Source: Mizuhopecten yessoensis (taxonomy: Eukaryota). Taken from it: DNA of 64,000 nucleotides. The notes beneath the pieces are model-generated. The model saw nothing but the letters and a program-made list of their open reading frames with translations. It did no database searches and had not been told where the DNA came from. The stretch lies in NCBI RefSeq assembly GCF_002113885.1, contig NW_018404289.1:241750-305749 (forward strand), given 5' to 3'. Shown here in pieces: positions 13,345 through 28,590 of this stretch (the first letter of the stretch is position 1; each line of letters opens with the position of its first letter). The translations under genes and the position numbers were made by a program.

Positions 13345-16300
13345 ATAATGTCTGTTATATTGTAATACCTGTCATAGCTCTAACGTTATATTATAATGTC
13401 TGTTTTAGTTCCCAACGTTATATCACGATGTCTATTATAGTTATAACGTTATATCATGATGTCTATTATAGTTATAACGTTATATACTGATGTCTTTTAT
13501 AGTTGTAACGTTATATCATGAAGTCTATTATAGTTATAACGTTCTATCATGAGGTCATTTATAGTTATAACGTTATATCATACTATCTATTATAGTTAAT
13601 ACGTTATATCATAATGTCTATTATAGTTATAACGTTATATCATGATGTCTTTTATAGCTCTAACGTTATATCATAATGTTGATTATAGTTATAACGTTAT
13701 TTCATTATGTCTATTATAGTTATAACGTTATATTGTAATGTCTGTTATATAATAGACATCATGATATAACGTCATAACTATAATAGACATCATGATATCA
13801 CGTTATAACTATAATAGACATTATAATATAACGTAATAATAATAGACATCATGATATAACGTTGTAACTATAATAGACATAATGAAATAACGTTATATCA
13901 TGATGTCTTTTATAGCTCTAACGTTATATCATAATATTGATTATAGTTATAACGTTATATCATGAGGTCTATTATAGTTATAACGTTATATAATGATGTC
14001 TATTATAGTTATTACGTTTTATCATAATGTCTATTATAGTTATAAAGACGGCGAGGGCTGATATGGTTTAGAGAAATTGTGTCATATCGCATATACAAAA
14101 AACCCGTATTTATTAGTAAGTATGTAATAAAACGTTATATCATACTATCTAGTATAGTTATTACGTTATATTATAATGTCTATTATAGTTATAACGTTAT
14201 ATCATGATGTCTATTATAGTTATTACGTTTTATCATGATGTGTATTATAGTTATAACGTTATTTCATAATGTCTATTATAGTTATAACGTGATATATTGA
14301 TGTCTATTATAGTTATAACGTCATATCATGATGTCTATTATAGTTATAACGTTATATCATGATGTCTATTATAGTTGTTACGTTTTATCATGATGTGTAT
14401 TATAGTTATAACGTTATTTCATGATGTCTATTATAGTTATTACGTTTTATCATGATGTCTATTATAGTTATAACGTTATATCATGATGTCTATTATAGTT
14501 ATGACGTTATATCATGATGTCTATTATAGTTATTACGTTTTATCATAATGTCTATTATAGTTATAACGTGATATTATGATGTGTATTATAGTTATTACGT
14601 TATTTCATAATGTCTATTATAGTTATAACGTGATATATTGATGTCTATTATAGTTATAACGTTATATCATACTATCTATTATAGTTATTACGTTATATCA
14701 TAATGTCTATTATAGGTATCACGTTATATCATGATGTCTATTTTAGTTATAAGGTTATATCATGATGTCTATTATAGTTATAACGTTATTTCATTATGTC
14801 TATTATAGTTATAACGTTATATTGTAATGTCTGTTATAGTTCTAACGTTATATTGTAATGTCTGTTATAGTTATAACGTTATATCATAATGTCTATTATA
14901 GTTATAACGTTATACCATAATGTCTATTATAGTTATAACGTTATACCATAATGTCTATTATAGTTATAACGTTATATCATGATGTCCATTATAGCTATAA
15001 CGTTATATCATGAGGTCTATTATAGTTAAAACGTTATATCATGATGTTTATTATAGTTATAACGTTATATCATGATGTCTATTATAGCTATAACGTTATA
15101 TCATGAGGGCTATTATAGTTATAACGTTATATCATGATGTCCATTATAGCTATAACGTTATATCATGAGGTCTATTATAGTTATATCGTTATATCATGAT
15201 GTCTAATATAGTTAGAACGTTGTATCATGATGTCTTTTATAGCTATAACGTTATATCATGAGGTCTATTATAGTTAAAACGTTATATCATGATGTTTATT
15301 ATAGTTATAACGTTATATCATGATGTCTATTATAGCTATAACGTTATATCATGAGGTCTATTATAGTTATATCGTTATATCATGATGTCTAATATAGTTA
15401 GAACGTTATATCATGATGTCTTTTATAGCTATAACGTTATATCATGAGGTCTATTATAGTTATAACGTTATATCATGATGTCTATTATAGTTATAGAGTT
15501 ATATCATGATGTCTATTATAGTTATAACGTCATATCATGATGTCTATTATAGTTATAACGTTATATCATGATGTGTATTATAGTTATTACGTTATTTCAT
15601 GATGTCTATTATAGTTATAACGTGATATATTGAGATGTCTATTATAGTTATAACGTTATATCATGATGTGTATTATAGTTATTACGTTATTTCATGATGT
15701 CTATTATAGTTATAACGTGATATATTGATGTCTTTTATAGTTATAACGTTATATCATACTATCTATTATAGTTATTACGTTATATCATAATGTCTATTAT
15801 AGTTATAACGTTATATCATGATGTCTATTTTAGTTCTAACGTTATATCATAATGTCTTTTATAGTTATAACGTCATATCATGATGTCTATTATAGCTCTA
15901 ACGTTATATCATAATATTGATTATAGTTATAACGTTATATCATGAGGTTTATTATAGTTATAACGTTATATCATGATGTCTGTTATAGCTCTAACGTTAT
16001 ATCATAATGTCTATTATAGTTATAACGTCATATCATGAGGTCTATTATAGTTATAACGTTATATTGTAATGTCTGTTATAGTTCTAACGTTATGTTGTAA
16101 TGTCTGTTATAGTTATAACGTTATATCATCATGTCTATTATAGTTATAACGTTATTTCATTATGTCTATTATAGTTATAACGTTATATCATGAGGTCTAT
16201 TATAGTTATAACGTTATATTGTAATGTCTGTTATAGTTCTAACGTTATGTTGTAATGTCTGTTATAGTTATAACGTTATATCATAATGTCTATTATAGTT

Positions 16301-16930
16301 ATAACGTCATATCATGAGGTCTATTATAGTTATAACGTTATATCATGAGGTCTATTATAGTTATAACGTCATATCATGAGGTCTATTATAGTTATAACGT
16401 TATATCATGATGTCTATTATAGTTATAACGTTATATCATGAGGTTTATTATAGTTATAACGTTATATCATGATGTCTATTATAGCTATAACGTTATATCA
16501 TAATCTCTATTATAGTGATAACGTTATATCATAATGTCTATTATAGCTCTAACGTTATATCATAATATTGATTATAGTTATAACGTTATATCATGAGGTT
16601 TATTATAGTTATAACGTTATATCATGATGTCTATTATAGCTCTAACGTTATATCATAATGTCTATTATAGTTATAACGTTATATCATACTATCTATTATA
16701 GTTATAACGTCATATTGTAATGTATGTTATAGTTCTAACGTTATATTGTAATGTCTGTTATAGTTATAACGTTATATTGTAATGTCTGTTATAGTTATAA
16801 CGTTATATCATAATGTCTGTTATAGTTCTAACGTTATATTGTAATGTCTGTTATAGTTCTAACGTTATATTGTTATGTCTGTTATAGTATTTAAGTTATG
16901 TCGCAATGTCTGTTATAGTTCTGATGTTTA
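13345..16930. repeat. 31-bp AT-rich satellite GTTATAACGTTATATCATGATGTCTATTATA (>100 copies), with an internal inversion and an insertion
   Basis: Units at 14901 and 14932. Inverted block ~13749-13894; unrelated insert ~14046-14128. Confidence 0.95.
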
Positions 16931-18480
16931 ATCGTATCTACTCGTCAAGCAGTCGTCTCGTCATTGGCTAAACCCACTTCCGCATTGGCCGTTACTTCCT
17001 CGATATCCTATTAACTGTACTATTGATGCTGAATACGTAATTGTTTGATTCATACGACACTGCGTGATTATACATACTGCATGTTAAATACCAGATACAA
17101 TTATGATAACGTTAGGACTGTATATATCCAGCTTTCAATTTACTTCCTTTTCAGAATTTAACTATTCTAGTCAACCAAGACTTATCTTTATTATACTTAT
17201 AAGTGATGAAATGCTATGAAATTAGATTCACAGATATTCCAAACGTTGTTTGATATTTCTATGTCTCTACAAACAGAGTTTGACTAATTTGAAAATAATT
17301 GCTGAAGTATATATTGTTGAAACCAGGAACTGTATGTATTGTTTAACTTGTTCAATTCTAAAGAATCGTGTAGGCTTTGTTTACGACGGTGTATCCTGAT
17401 ATTGAAGCAATATTGTATAGTTTTAGAATGTTTGCATATTCCTTTTGAATGCTTTTATGCATCGTATCAATACATTTCTACGCATCATTGTGTATAATAT
17501 CAATACATTTCTACGCATCATTGTGTAAAATATCAATAGATTTAAGCGTGTGGAGATTTTCGTGTGTATTGTATACTCCCCATTTTTTAATTTTTCGTGT
17601 AATTTTTGGGAAGAAATTTCGTCTAATCAGTTAAAACAATCACATTTATTAATGATATTGTGAGTTTGGTGAAATTCATGACCAGTTATCGGGATAACAA
17701 CACCAGGAGTGCTTTAATATTTCACGTCAAATCCCCATACCACTATCTACTTCTTAACGTTACTATACCATCTTCCATGGCCTTCCAGAACCAATATACC
17801 GGCCTGAATAACCTTGCAACTGTGTTATATTATACAAATATTAAAAGTAATTTCTTTTTCTGTTCATACATCATAACAATGATCGAGGAATGGTCAATGG
17901 CTGGCATTACTGTCGCGACTCTGGTGTCTGTTTAATATTGTGTTGGTTTGTTTATCATGTGTGGTTGGCAAGGTACAATCAGCACCTTTTTTCAGCATTG
18001 TAAATAGTCAATATATATGACAAAAGATACAAGATACACCGCTTAAACGTGCCAGTAAACTAACTGTTACCATACTGTAGTTAATACTGACCCTCATTGT
18101 CACAATACTTTTAAATTGTCCATTCAATTGTTAAGAATGTTGTAAATGCTGACATTTACAATCAAACCGCTAAGTCTATTATGGTAGGCGATGTCAGTAA
18201 AATGAAGTTTGCACTCCTTTTAACGTACCAGATAATGAACATTAATTAGTAGGTGAGGATATAAAGTTGCAAAACGACACAACTTTATTGGGACAATAGA
18301 ACAATGGCTCCAGATGGATTGCTGTCTAGAGTACTGGTATCAGTCTGCTTTATCCTAAACACCTTTGTATTTCTAAACATTATATATGGAGCTCCTGCCA
18401 CAGTATATAGCCAACTAATGTTCTTATAACAAACGCGGATACAACTACATTTATAAAGAACACTTGTTTATCGTAGTAGA

Positions 18481-18770
18481 TGTTTCTGTTAATATTACTG
18501 CACTGTCATAATACATGTTTCTGTTAATATTACTGCACTGTCATAATACGTGTTTCTGTTAATATTACTGCACTGTCATAATACCTGTTTCTGTTAATAT
18601 TACTGCACTGTCATAATACATGTTTCTGTTAATATTACCGCACTGTCATAATACATGTTTCTGTTAATATTACCGCACTGTCATAATACATGTTTCTGTT
18701 AATATTACTGCACTGTCATAGTACATGTTTCTGTTAATATTACTGCGCTGTCGTAGTACATGTTTCTGTT
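18481..18770. repeat. 35-bp minisatellite TGTTTCTGTTAATATTACTGCACTGTCATAATACA (~8 copies)
   Basis: Units at 18481, 18516 and onward. Confidence 0.95.
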
Positions 18771-20859
18771 GTCATTTATATACAATATTGAATTAAACAA
18801 TTATATTTAAACAAATATCAACAGAATAGTATGTTATAGTATTCTTTTATGAATAATTTTCCATAAACACAATATTTGTGCGTTTGACGAATTGAATACA
18901 ATCATCAAAAGTTCAGGATGTTGTTTGAATTTAATGTATAATATCATAAAACATTTACACACGATCTAAAGGTTTAATTTAAAATATGAAGTTTTCATTT
19001 AGTAAAAACAATTTTGAATGCGTTATTGTACGCTTAGATTTAATCACTTTTGCGTTTGTCGAATAAAAGAATGCGTAATATTTGCTCTAGAATGAAATAA
19101 TTTTTGTCTTAAACATATCTAGTAATAGAAATGTATGCTGCTATTATTACATCTATAAATATTTTTATTCATCAAATTATAATTAATTTTTATCATGTAT
19201 TTCTGAAATGGCAAAATTGAGTTTTTTAGTCATATCGTGAGCAAAACCTGTAGGTTTTTCTATAGATGAAGTTAAATATACACAATTAGCTGTAATTATA
19301 TGAACTGATCGCTAATAAGGTAATTGTCGTTGCAAAATAAATACAATTTATATATCATGTGTAAATAGACAAAAGATTTATAATAGTCACCTCGTGATTG
19401 ATTTTTTTTCCGCACAAAAAGGATCGTAAAAAGTAGAGAGCACACATCATAATCGGACACAAAGTAGTTATTTGTCATCGCTCCTAATAATCAAATCAAA
19501 TTAACCTTAAATGAATTACAAACATCTGATTGAATCGTGTCTACCTGGCATAATCACCAATATCAATACAATTTTGAATATATTATATAAAGCTCCTCTA
19601 TAAAAATCCTCAGTAATTTGCAGGTATAACGTACATTTAGTTTAAAACATGTTATAAATATCACAAACCAAAACCTTTATAGGCTGTTATTGGATGTTTA
19701 TCCATTACATGTTGTGTAGAATTAGACGTTACGTGAGAGATATACGTATATATAGAGAAACTACCAGTATACTACTATATGTCGACCATCCGTTATAAAA
19801 AATATATATAACGGCATAATTCTTACTATTAATATCGTATAACTCAAGAAATTGAATATCTGACATCAAATTTCCGTTTACAGCGTTAACATCGTCTCGG
19901 AAAGAAATGTAAAATATTCAAATATATACGGACGCTTGGTGTTGTAAATCGACCTTCTTCTTATCCTCATAAAACAGAAGATGAAACAATCTGCAACATA
20001 AACAGCATTAATACACACATACCGTACCAGTTACCCGTATAAAAACGCGCGGAGAGGGCTATCCAACATACAAGAACCAAGCGTAACCACAGAACACATA
20101 ATTGTATACTAGTAGGTATACTTGTCCGATTGTATACTGCTATATATTATACAGTCACTGCCATCTCATTGGTTGAAAACCTTTCTTCAAATATTCATAA
20201 GTAGCGCCCTAGGAATTCGCTGAATGTGCTAAACTACACTCTTCAGAGGAAATTACTTGGTGCCTAAGTCAGTGTCTATGTCTTAATAAAACATGGTAAG
20301 TTGATAACCAGACCAAAGAGAAGGTATACCATCAACGTTTTATTAAACCGAGAAGGATTAATAACAGCCACTATAACGTCAATCTAAATTTATACCATCC
20401 TACCTGATCACGGTTTGTAGCGGTAGTAAATGTAATGTCGATCTGTATATAATATACATTTATACAAATTGGAGAACACCTTTGAATATTCTTAATGAAT
20501 AAGAACGCTTTATGTTTCGGTAGTTCATGCCATTCATCCCAACGTTTAGCAATCGTGGCAACTTACTCATTCTGGATATATGATATTTTCCGAACATATG
20601 TTGCCATTTATTAATTAAAATAGGAACAAAAATTATAAGGATTATCGTTACGAAATATGATAGTAACATATGGAACTGTGCTATCTGATCGCAAATGTAA
20701 CAATATATGTAAATTCAACTAATGTATGGTACTAAGTAATCTCAAAAAACAATATTGAACGATAAACACAATACAAATACTGACTGGGAAAGGTGTAAGC
20801 GTGTGTACGAATAGGACGAGAAACATTATGACAGGTACTACATATGGTTCTAATTTATG

Positions 20860-22285
20860 TCTCCTCATTTCCCGGTGTTGTGGGGATTGATGTCTCTTCA
20901 GTTCCTGGTGTTGTGGGGATTGATGTCCGCTCAGTTCCTGGTGTTGTGGGGATTGATGTCTCCACAGTTCCTGTTGTTGTAGGGATTGATGTCTCCACAG
21001 TTCCTGGTGTTGTGGGGATTGATTTCTCCTCATTTCCTGGTGTTGTAGAGATTGATGTCTCCACAGTTCCCGGTGTTGTGGGGATTGATGTTCCCTCAGT
21101 TCCAGGTGTGGTGGGGTATTGATGTCCCCTTAGTTCCTGGTGTTGTAGGGATTGGTGTCTCCACAGTTCCTGGTGTTGTAGGGATTGATGTTCCCTCGGA
21201 TCCTGGTGTTGTGGATATTGATGTCCCATTAGGTCCTGGTGTTGTGAGGATTGATTTCTCATCAGTTTCTGGTGTTGTTGGGATTGATATCTCTTCAGTT
21301 CCTTGTGTTGTGGGGATTGATGTCCTCTCAGTTCCTGGTGTTGTGGGGATTGATGTCTCCAGAGTTCCTGATGTTGTGGGGATTAATGTCCCCTCAGTTC
21401 CTGGTGTTGTGGGGATTGATGTCCTCTCAGTTCCTGGTTATGTGGGGATTGATGTCTCCAGAGTTCCTGATGTTGTGGGGATTAATGTCCCCACAGTTCC
21501 TGGTGTTGTGGGTATTGATGTCCCCTTAGTTCCTGGTGTTGTGGGGATTGATGTCTCCACAGTTCCTGGTGTTGTAGGGATTAATGTCCCCTTAGTTCCT
21601 GGTGTTGTGGGGATTGATGTCTCTACAGATCCTGGTGTTGTGGGGATTGATGTCAGCTCAGTTCCTGGCGTTGTGGGGATTAGTTTCTTCTCAGATCCTG
21701 GTGTTGTAGGGTTTGATATCTCCTCAGTTCCTGATGTAGTGGGAATTGATGTCTCCACAGTTCCTGGTGTTGTTGGTATTGATGTACCCCCAGTTCCTGT
21801 GGAGATTGATGTCCCCTTAACTCCTGGTGTTGAGGAGATAGATGTCCCCTCAGTTCCCGGTGTTGTGGGAATTAATGTCCCCTTAGTTCCTGGTGTTGTG
21901 GGGATTGATGTCTCTACAGTTCCTGATGTTGTGGGGATTGATGTCTCCACAGTTCCTGGTGTTGTTGGGATTGGTGTCACCTCAGTTCCTGGTGTTGTTT
22001 GGATTGATGTCTCCACAGTTCCTGGTGTTGTTGGGATAAATGTCCCCTCAATTCCTGGTATTGTGGGGATTGATGTCTCCACAGTTCCTGGTGTTGTGGG
22101 GATTGATGTCTCATCAGTTCCTGGTGTCGTGGAGATCGATGTCTCCACAGTTCCTGGTGTTGTGGGGATCGATGTCTCCTCAGTTCCTGGTGTCGTGGAG
22201 ATCGATGTCTTCCTCAGTTCCTAATGTTGTGGGGATCGATGTCTCCTCAGTTCCTGGTATTGTGGGGATAGATGTCTCATCTTCT
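20860..22285 (-). repeat. 33-bp tandem repeat (~43 units) encoding a mucin-like TSIPTTPGTVE array on - (VPGVVGIDVST on +); possible disrupted coding exon
   Basis: 11-aa periodic ORFs on both strands, with many substitutions at synonymous third positions. Frameshifts near 21115 and 22210; TAA on - at 21438-21440. Confidence 0.75.
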
Positions 22286-23799
22286 TTTGGTTTTATTGAT
22301 GATCAATTTATAAACCAGGTGAGAAACTCATATCTCACATTGACTCAATCGATACGATTCCGTACTTGAAGAATGGTTATGTATTGATGAATCTTATTGA
22401 AATATAATATTGATTATCAAATTGCATATGTTTGAAACAAAACTGCTAACTTATCTCAAAAGACGTCTTTGACTTACAGCGAATGTTTTGGAAATACAAC
22501 CAGTAGAGTCGTCTAGCTTTCTGAGTGTTATTGTTCAACGACAGGCGGTTGATCCTTAATAAATAAACAGAAATGACTTGTGTACAGTAAACAACTCATT
22601 ATTTAAACCAATGATTTATATAACACATCATATTACGCAAGACGTGAAATCTGTTATTGTTAGACAGATTGCTGTACATATACGTTGATCAAATGAATAA
22701 ATTGGGAATGTAATTATATAATCGTGCTTTACGTAACAGGAGGTGATTGATTGATATTAATGTTGATATATCGATGTGAGAGTTATGTCTAAGGCAGTGT
22801 CATGTTCTCCCTGGGGCATTTCTGAAAAAAAGCACTGGGCATTTCCAAAAAAACCCCATGAAAATCTAAAATATCATAGGTAGAAAAAAAAACCACCAAT
22901 TAAAATGAACAGCCGCTTTAACTATACACATGCCAGTTAAAAATCCATAGATCAGTTCCGGTCTTGGTGTTAAGGTGAAATTATGATGGAAGGGAAGCAA
23001 CTCCTTATTACATTCGACGATTTGAAATATCATTTTTTAGATTGTGTTAATCATACATTTTCTACACTAATGCAAAGCAATATAAATTGCAAAAAAATCG
23101 AAACAGTAGCCTTAAAACTGATTTGTTTTTATTTTGATTTGCTGAGATTATAATTGAAAATTCATAAATGACATTTTATGTACAAAAAAGGTGAAAATGT
23201 ATATGTTTATAAATGCTCACAAATCTCTCTTTCCGAATGAGAATACTTTAAATATTAAAAAATCTACTCATCATTCTGGAGAGTTTTACACAAGGCTATG
23301 TACATGTAAGGTTTTTATTTAAACTGTAACGTCCTTTTCTATCACTTCTTATTGCCCGACTTAGTAGAATGTATTGTATCTGCAGTATCGTTCTGGATCA
23401 ATTTAAATCAAAAGTATTTTCAATTTTTGAACATTATCAGCAAAATTACGGCTATTTTGAATCCCAGAACATTAGCCAATTGATTTTATTAATGATTATT
23501 ATAATAGCTATGCATCGTAACGCTTGTTACAGATAAGTGCAATTCGCTATTACAGACACGTATTCCTGTTATAAACTTTCGATATTTCTTGACATATTTC
23601 CAGTTCTTCTTATCCAAAATATCGACTGGTGTATGTACGAATGCAGTCCAGTCATAATTACCGCAAAATATCCCTAAAATATCTAGATTATTTCAGATAG
23701 AATAAATATCCGGCCAATTTGACCTATGAGACAATATCTCAACGTAAAATACAGATTATACTATTATTCAAAAAATAAAAGTACAAACCAACTTCTTCA

Positions 23800-24093
23800 T
23801 AGATACTGGTTACTTAATAGCACACAGATACTTGTTACTTAATAGCACACAGATACTTGTTACTTAATAACACACAGATACTGGTTACTTAATAACACAC
23901 AGATACTGGTTACTTAATAACACACATATATTGGTTACTTAATAACACACAGATACTGGTTACTTAATAGCACACAGATACTGGTTACTTAATAACACAC
24001 AGATACTTGTTACTTAATAACACACAAATACTGGTTACTTAATAACACACAGATACTGGTTACTTAATAACACACAGATACTGGTTACTTAAT
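23800..24093. repeat. 25-bp minisatellite AGATACTGGTTACTTAATAACACAC (~12 copies)
   Basis: Direct reading. Confidence 0.95.
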
Positions 24094-27000
24094 CGAGGCC
24101 GATAAACCCCTAAACAGCAACACCTCGGAATAGAAATATATTTGAGATATGGCGCCATTTCGTAGTATCCGTTTTGTTACGAAAGAGAAAGACACCCCAT
24201 GGTGTCTATGAAATATTTTTATGAATCATCAGCCTTTATGCTTATTACAGGCAAAATTAAATCGACGCTATGAATAATTTGAATAACGAAAGCATGAGTT
24301 CAACATATGCAATTATCAAATTGCAACTCCGATATTTAATAGTAGACTGTAAGCCTGACTTATCATTGGGCTGGATTTCATGGTAATCATACCGTCATTT
24401 AGGGAGCTAATTGAAAACAGGAAATTAGTCAGGATGACAAAAATCTCATCAGATGCAAGTTAGATTTAACAATAAATAATGGCTAATTCCATGACTTTAG
24501 ATAACACTAATGTTTATATCTTTTTTCGTGTACATACCAAGACCCATTACATTAAAGGCAATTACGGTAAAGCTATGAATTTTGTTCAAAACAAAGCAAA
24601 TGTTCTCTTGCAGAGCGGCCGGTAATATATTTAATTTGAAAAGCTTTAGAATCTATTAACAGTTGCTATGTATATTCATTTTTTCAATGCAATGATAGAT
24701 GAGTAACGTTTTGGTAAATCTGTGTTGTACTTTAGTGGGACTGGTGGGGATGGCCTCTAGGCGTTACCGAAGAATGATGCATACTTATAACAAAACTATG
24801 TCGCCCCTATAATCTCCTTTATTCAGACCTCTGATTGAGGGAGACATCGTGTGACGAGTTGGTATAAGTAAGTGGTACGGCCTTAGTGGGCTATCATCTA
24901 ACTACAATTTAATGCGACATGAGGGTGGGTTGGTGAAATGTCAAATGTAAGAAAATGAACTAGGTATCGGAGCAGACAAGACGTACCTGGTGCTCGCATT
25001 TAACAACATTAGGTAGCAGCTGTTAAATAGCCAGCCGATAACCTGTAGGACGAAAGTGTAACTTGTTTACAGCACAGTGTACAGTTCGTTTATACCTGAC
25101 GTCACAGCAGTCTTATATGTCCACACATAGCAGAGTGTGAGTATTTCTGAAGTGTTATTAGAGTGAAGTATATATCATCATTTATCCGATATTGTCATCT
25201 TTATATCATCTTACACGTTTTCGTCACGTGATTCTATGGGATTCCCGGATTGATGTCTACATACCACGGTTCAGTAACCACGGTTCAGTGAAGCGTTCAG
25301 AGGAGTGGAAGTATTACAACTTCTGGCGGGACACGAAACAGATAGTAACCACAACGCCGTAGTGGCTGTAACATTAGAACAGTACATATATAGGTTAGTA
25401 CAGACTCGCTGTGGTGTATTTAACGTAAGTATAGAAACCATTGACAGTAGACCTGTCACCAAAACAACGAATTCGTCGACTACCAGTCACGTGATACGTT
25501 ACAGCTGCTGCAAAAACTAGTTTAACATAATGACCTTTTCATTAAGGATTGTTTTCTAAACATTGGTAATTATTTTACATATAATTGATTACAATGGCAC
25601 TTTTGCCATTTAAATAAATAGCATATTTGTTTCAAAATTTTCAAATTCACGTTACTTTTATCCGTAAGATTGTCCCTAGTTGCAATTTTTTGTTTTCCCG
25701 GTACTGAACTCACTTTAACGCTTCCCGGAAAGATGACATGGACACATTTAATTAAGACCTTTTCATAGAAAACCTTGTTCATAGTGCAGATTGTGAGTCA
25801 GGACATCCATTGAGAATGCTCTTTGCTATTTCGTGGAGTGCAAACTTTGTATAACTGAAATATGTATGCTGTTGTAAATGTGATTATTATGTTTATGTTT
25901 AGACATGTACAAAATTAATTAAATCCATAATTTTCAATGTTATTCATAAGTTATATTAATACGCCTCTTTATATTTATGTTTTGTAAGTATATGCTCAAT
26001 TTGACAGACATTTCAGTATACATGTATTGTTACGAACAAGAAAAAGAAAAGAGAACTGTAAATTTTCCGAACATACATTAAAATTGCATGGTGTATATTT
26101 TATTCTTTATACTTTCAGTTTGTATTATCTTACAGTTTATAAAAATCCTATTTAATATCACAACATGAACAATAAAAATAGCGTCGAATGTGCAACTAAC
26201 TACCCAATACATGTAGGATTTCGAAAAAAGTGATATCAAATAGTCAGCTTGAAGCTAGATGACCAACACTAAGTTAAGTAAAGCTGATTACCAATTATCA
26301 GTATATATGGAGTAATGTATTGAGGAGAAAAAAATTAAGTTTTTCATACGTTTCAATCTAATGCCACGCTCCTGCCAGGATTTACGATATGTTTACCATG
26401 TTTATAAATACATACTTGTGTAGTACATATATCTTTTTAATACTGATAGTGAGACTTGTCGTAAACAGTTTTGCATTACCTGATGGCGACGTGTTTCTAT
26501 TTTTAGTGTATCCCCCTCACTCGTGCACATCATTTACATACAGCATGTATTCCCTGCAGTCAACATGTTAGCATTACTAAGGAAGGCTGTTGGGAATTCC
26601 ATTTTCGTTTTGAATTTCGCATCCTGGCTACAGTGCCATCGATTGATCGTCACAAATAAAGGCGTGGGCGATCTGGAACAGGTGAGGTAACACTTTTCGG
26701 CGTAAGGTAAAGTCTTAACCCTTCAATATACATTAGTAGTAGAGTCCGCTTATTTGTCAATCAAAACTTCATATACAAACGGTGGCATTATAAAAAAATA
26801 TGAGTGTCGGTGTTTCAATATCAGTTTACTGCTAGTCATCATACTTTACGCTGGACCAAAGAGCCTCACCAAATGGTGCATAGTTGTAGGTAAGACAAAT
26901 TTAATCAAAGTATATTTATGCATTAAATATACGTTTTAGAATTGTATTGATTGAGCTTAAAAATACCAGAGCATACGAATAAGCAAGATATAAATAGAAC

Positions 27001-28069
27001 TTCGCCAATAGGGTGCAACATTTTTTTCAGAGCATGTCTTGCGTGAAAACTAACCACAATGGAGGATTATACTATAAATACAGGTTAATCTGCAGGGTTC
27101 CCCAGATTAGTACATTGTATTAAATCCCATTGTGTACTTCAACTGTTAATGCTAACAAACCAAAACGAACTTTTTTTCTCATTTTAATTTGGGTTAAAAA
27201 AATAATCTCAAAAATATGCAGATACGGATGAGTTCCCACTCCTTTTTGGCAATAATTGTTACTCTGTTGAAAAAAATAAAGTTTATATCATTTTCCTAGT
27301 ATTATTGAAAGTCACAGCTGGATGGGATTTTGACGCTAAAGGAACCACAATTATTGTTTCATATAATATTCAATTAGTATGTCATTTTGACTTTTTAATG
27401 ATCAACAAAAACCCCACCCCAACACATAACCAATAAAAATGATAATAATGCTTGAAAAATATTATTCTTATTTAACCGAAACGAACCTAACACCAGTTAG
27501 AGTTGTCAATATAGAAACGTTCAGGCGCTGACTAGTAACAGTTCACGTACAATGTCGCCAACAGAGATAACATCGTTTTAATAACGGACGTTAATAGAGA
27601 GTTTCATCTTCAGTGTTACTATGTTAAGCTACTGCAGAAAATTGTTACTCTTAAAACAATAGTTCATGTAAACCATTCAAGAATACATGACAGCTACAAG
27701 GTCCTACTCGGAGACTGATCGTGAGCGTCAAACACCTTACGACATGAATATAATGACTAGAAATACGAAACAGGAAAGTAAATAACACTTATAGCTCAGC
27801 ATTGGATTGTTTGAAGCTACATTAATATGTAACCTGGATTAGAACTGCAGTCATTGAGGGAACAACGTGATATATCACATACAAATGATATAGGGAACTT
27901 GTTGATAAGACGAAGAGATAATGTTTCTTTTCAAACGGACTGTTTAGAAGTTTTTAGGTTTTTCGGTTATCACAAGATTATCACCTGGTTATTTAACTAG
28001 ATTGCTATCTATAGCTACCTATAAAGTATCTACTATCTATATAGTAGCGGTATCGTTATTCAGGTAAAC

Positions 28070-28590
28070 AGAGTAAGACATCGTTGTAGAAACAAAGCTG
28101 TAGGACGCTTCTGTTTACATCTGTGGAGAGTAAGACATCGTTGTAGAAACAAAGCTGTAGGACGCTTCTGTTTACATCTGTGGAGAGTAAGACATCGTTG
28201 TAGAAACAAAGCTGTAGGACGCTTCTGTTTACATCTGTGGAGAGTAAGACATCGTTGTAGAAACAAAGCTGTAGGACGCTTCTGTTTACATCTGTGGAGA
28301 GTAAGACATCGTTGTAGAAACAAAGCTGTAGGACGCTTCTGTTTACATCTGTGGAGAGTAAGACATCGTTGTAGAAACAAAGCTGTAGGACGCTTCTGTT
28401 TACATCTGTGGAGAGTAAGACATCGTTGTAGAAACAAAGCTGTAGGACGCTTCCGTTTAGATCTGTGAGGAGTAAGACATCGTTGTAGAAATAAAGCTGT
28501 AGGACGCTTCCGTTTAAATCTGTGGGGAGTAAGACATCATTGTAGAAACAAAGCTGTAGGACGCTTCCGTTGAGATATGTGGTGAGTAAA
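28070..28590. repeat. 57-bp minisatellite (~9 copies) immediately upstream of gene 1
   Basis: gagtaagacatcgttgtagaaac at 28071, 28128 and onward; it explains the 19-aa periodic ORFs. Confidence 0.95.

Noticed and set aside
19860-20442. Small minus-strand exon candidates (20404-20442; acceptor at 19991) as the continuation of the mucin-like gene
   Set aside because: I could not join them into one consistent open frame.
22793-23111. Possible TTAA-flanked (Kolobok-like) MITE
   Set aside because: The inverted termini are too short and imperfect, and the left target site does not match.
27319-27331. 13-mer tggatgggatttt shared ~1.35 kb upstream of genes 1 and 2 (also at ~40739)
   Set aside because: No flanking similarity; one such match is plausible by chance.
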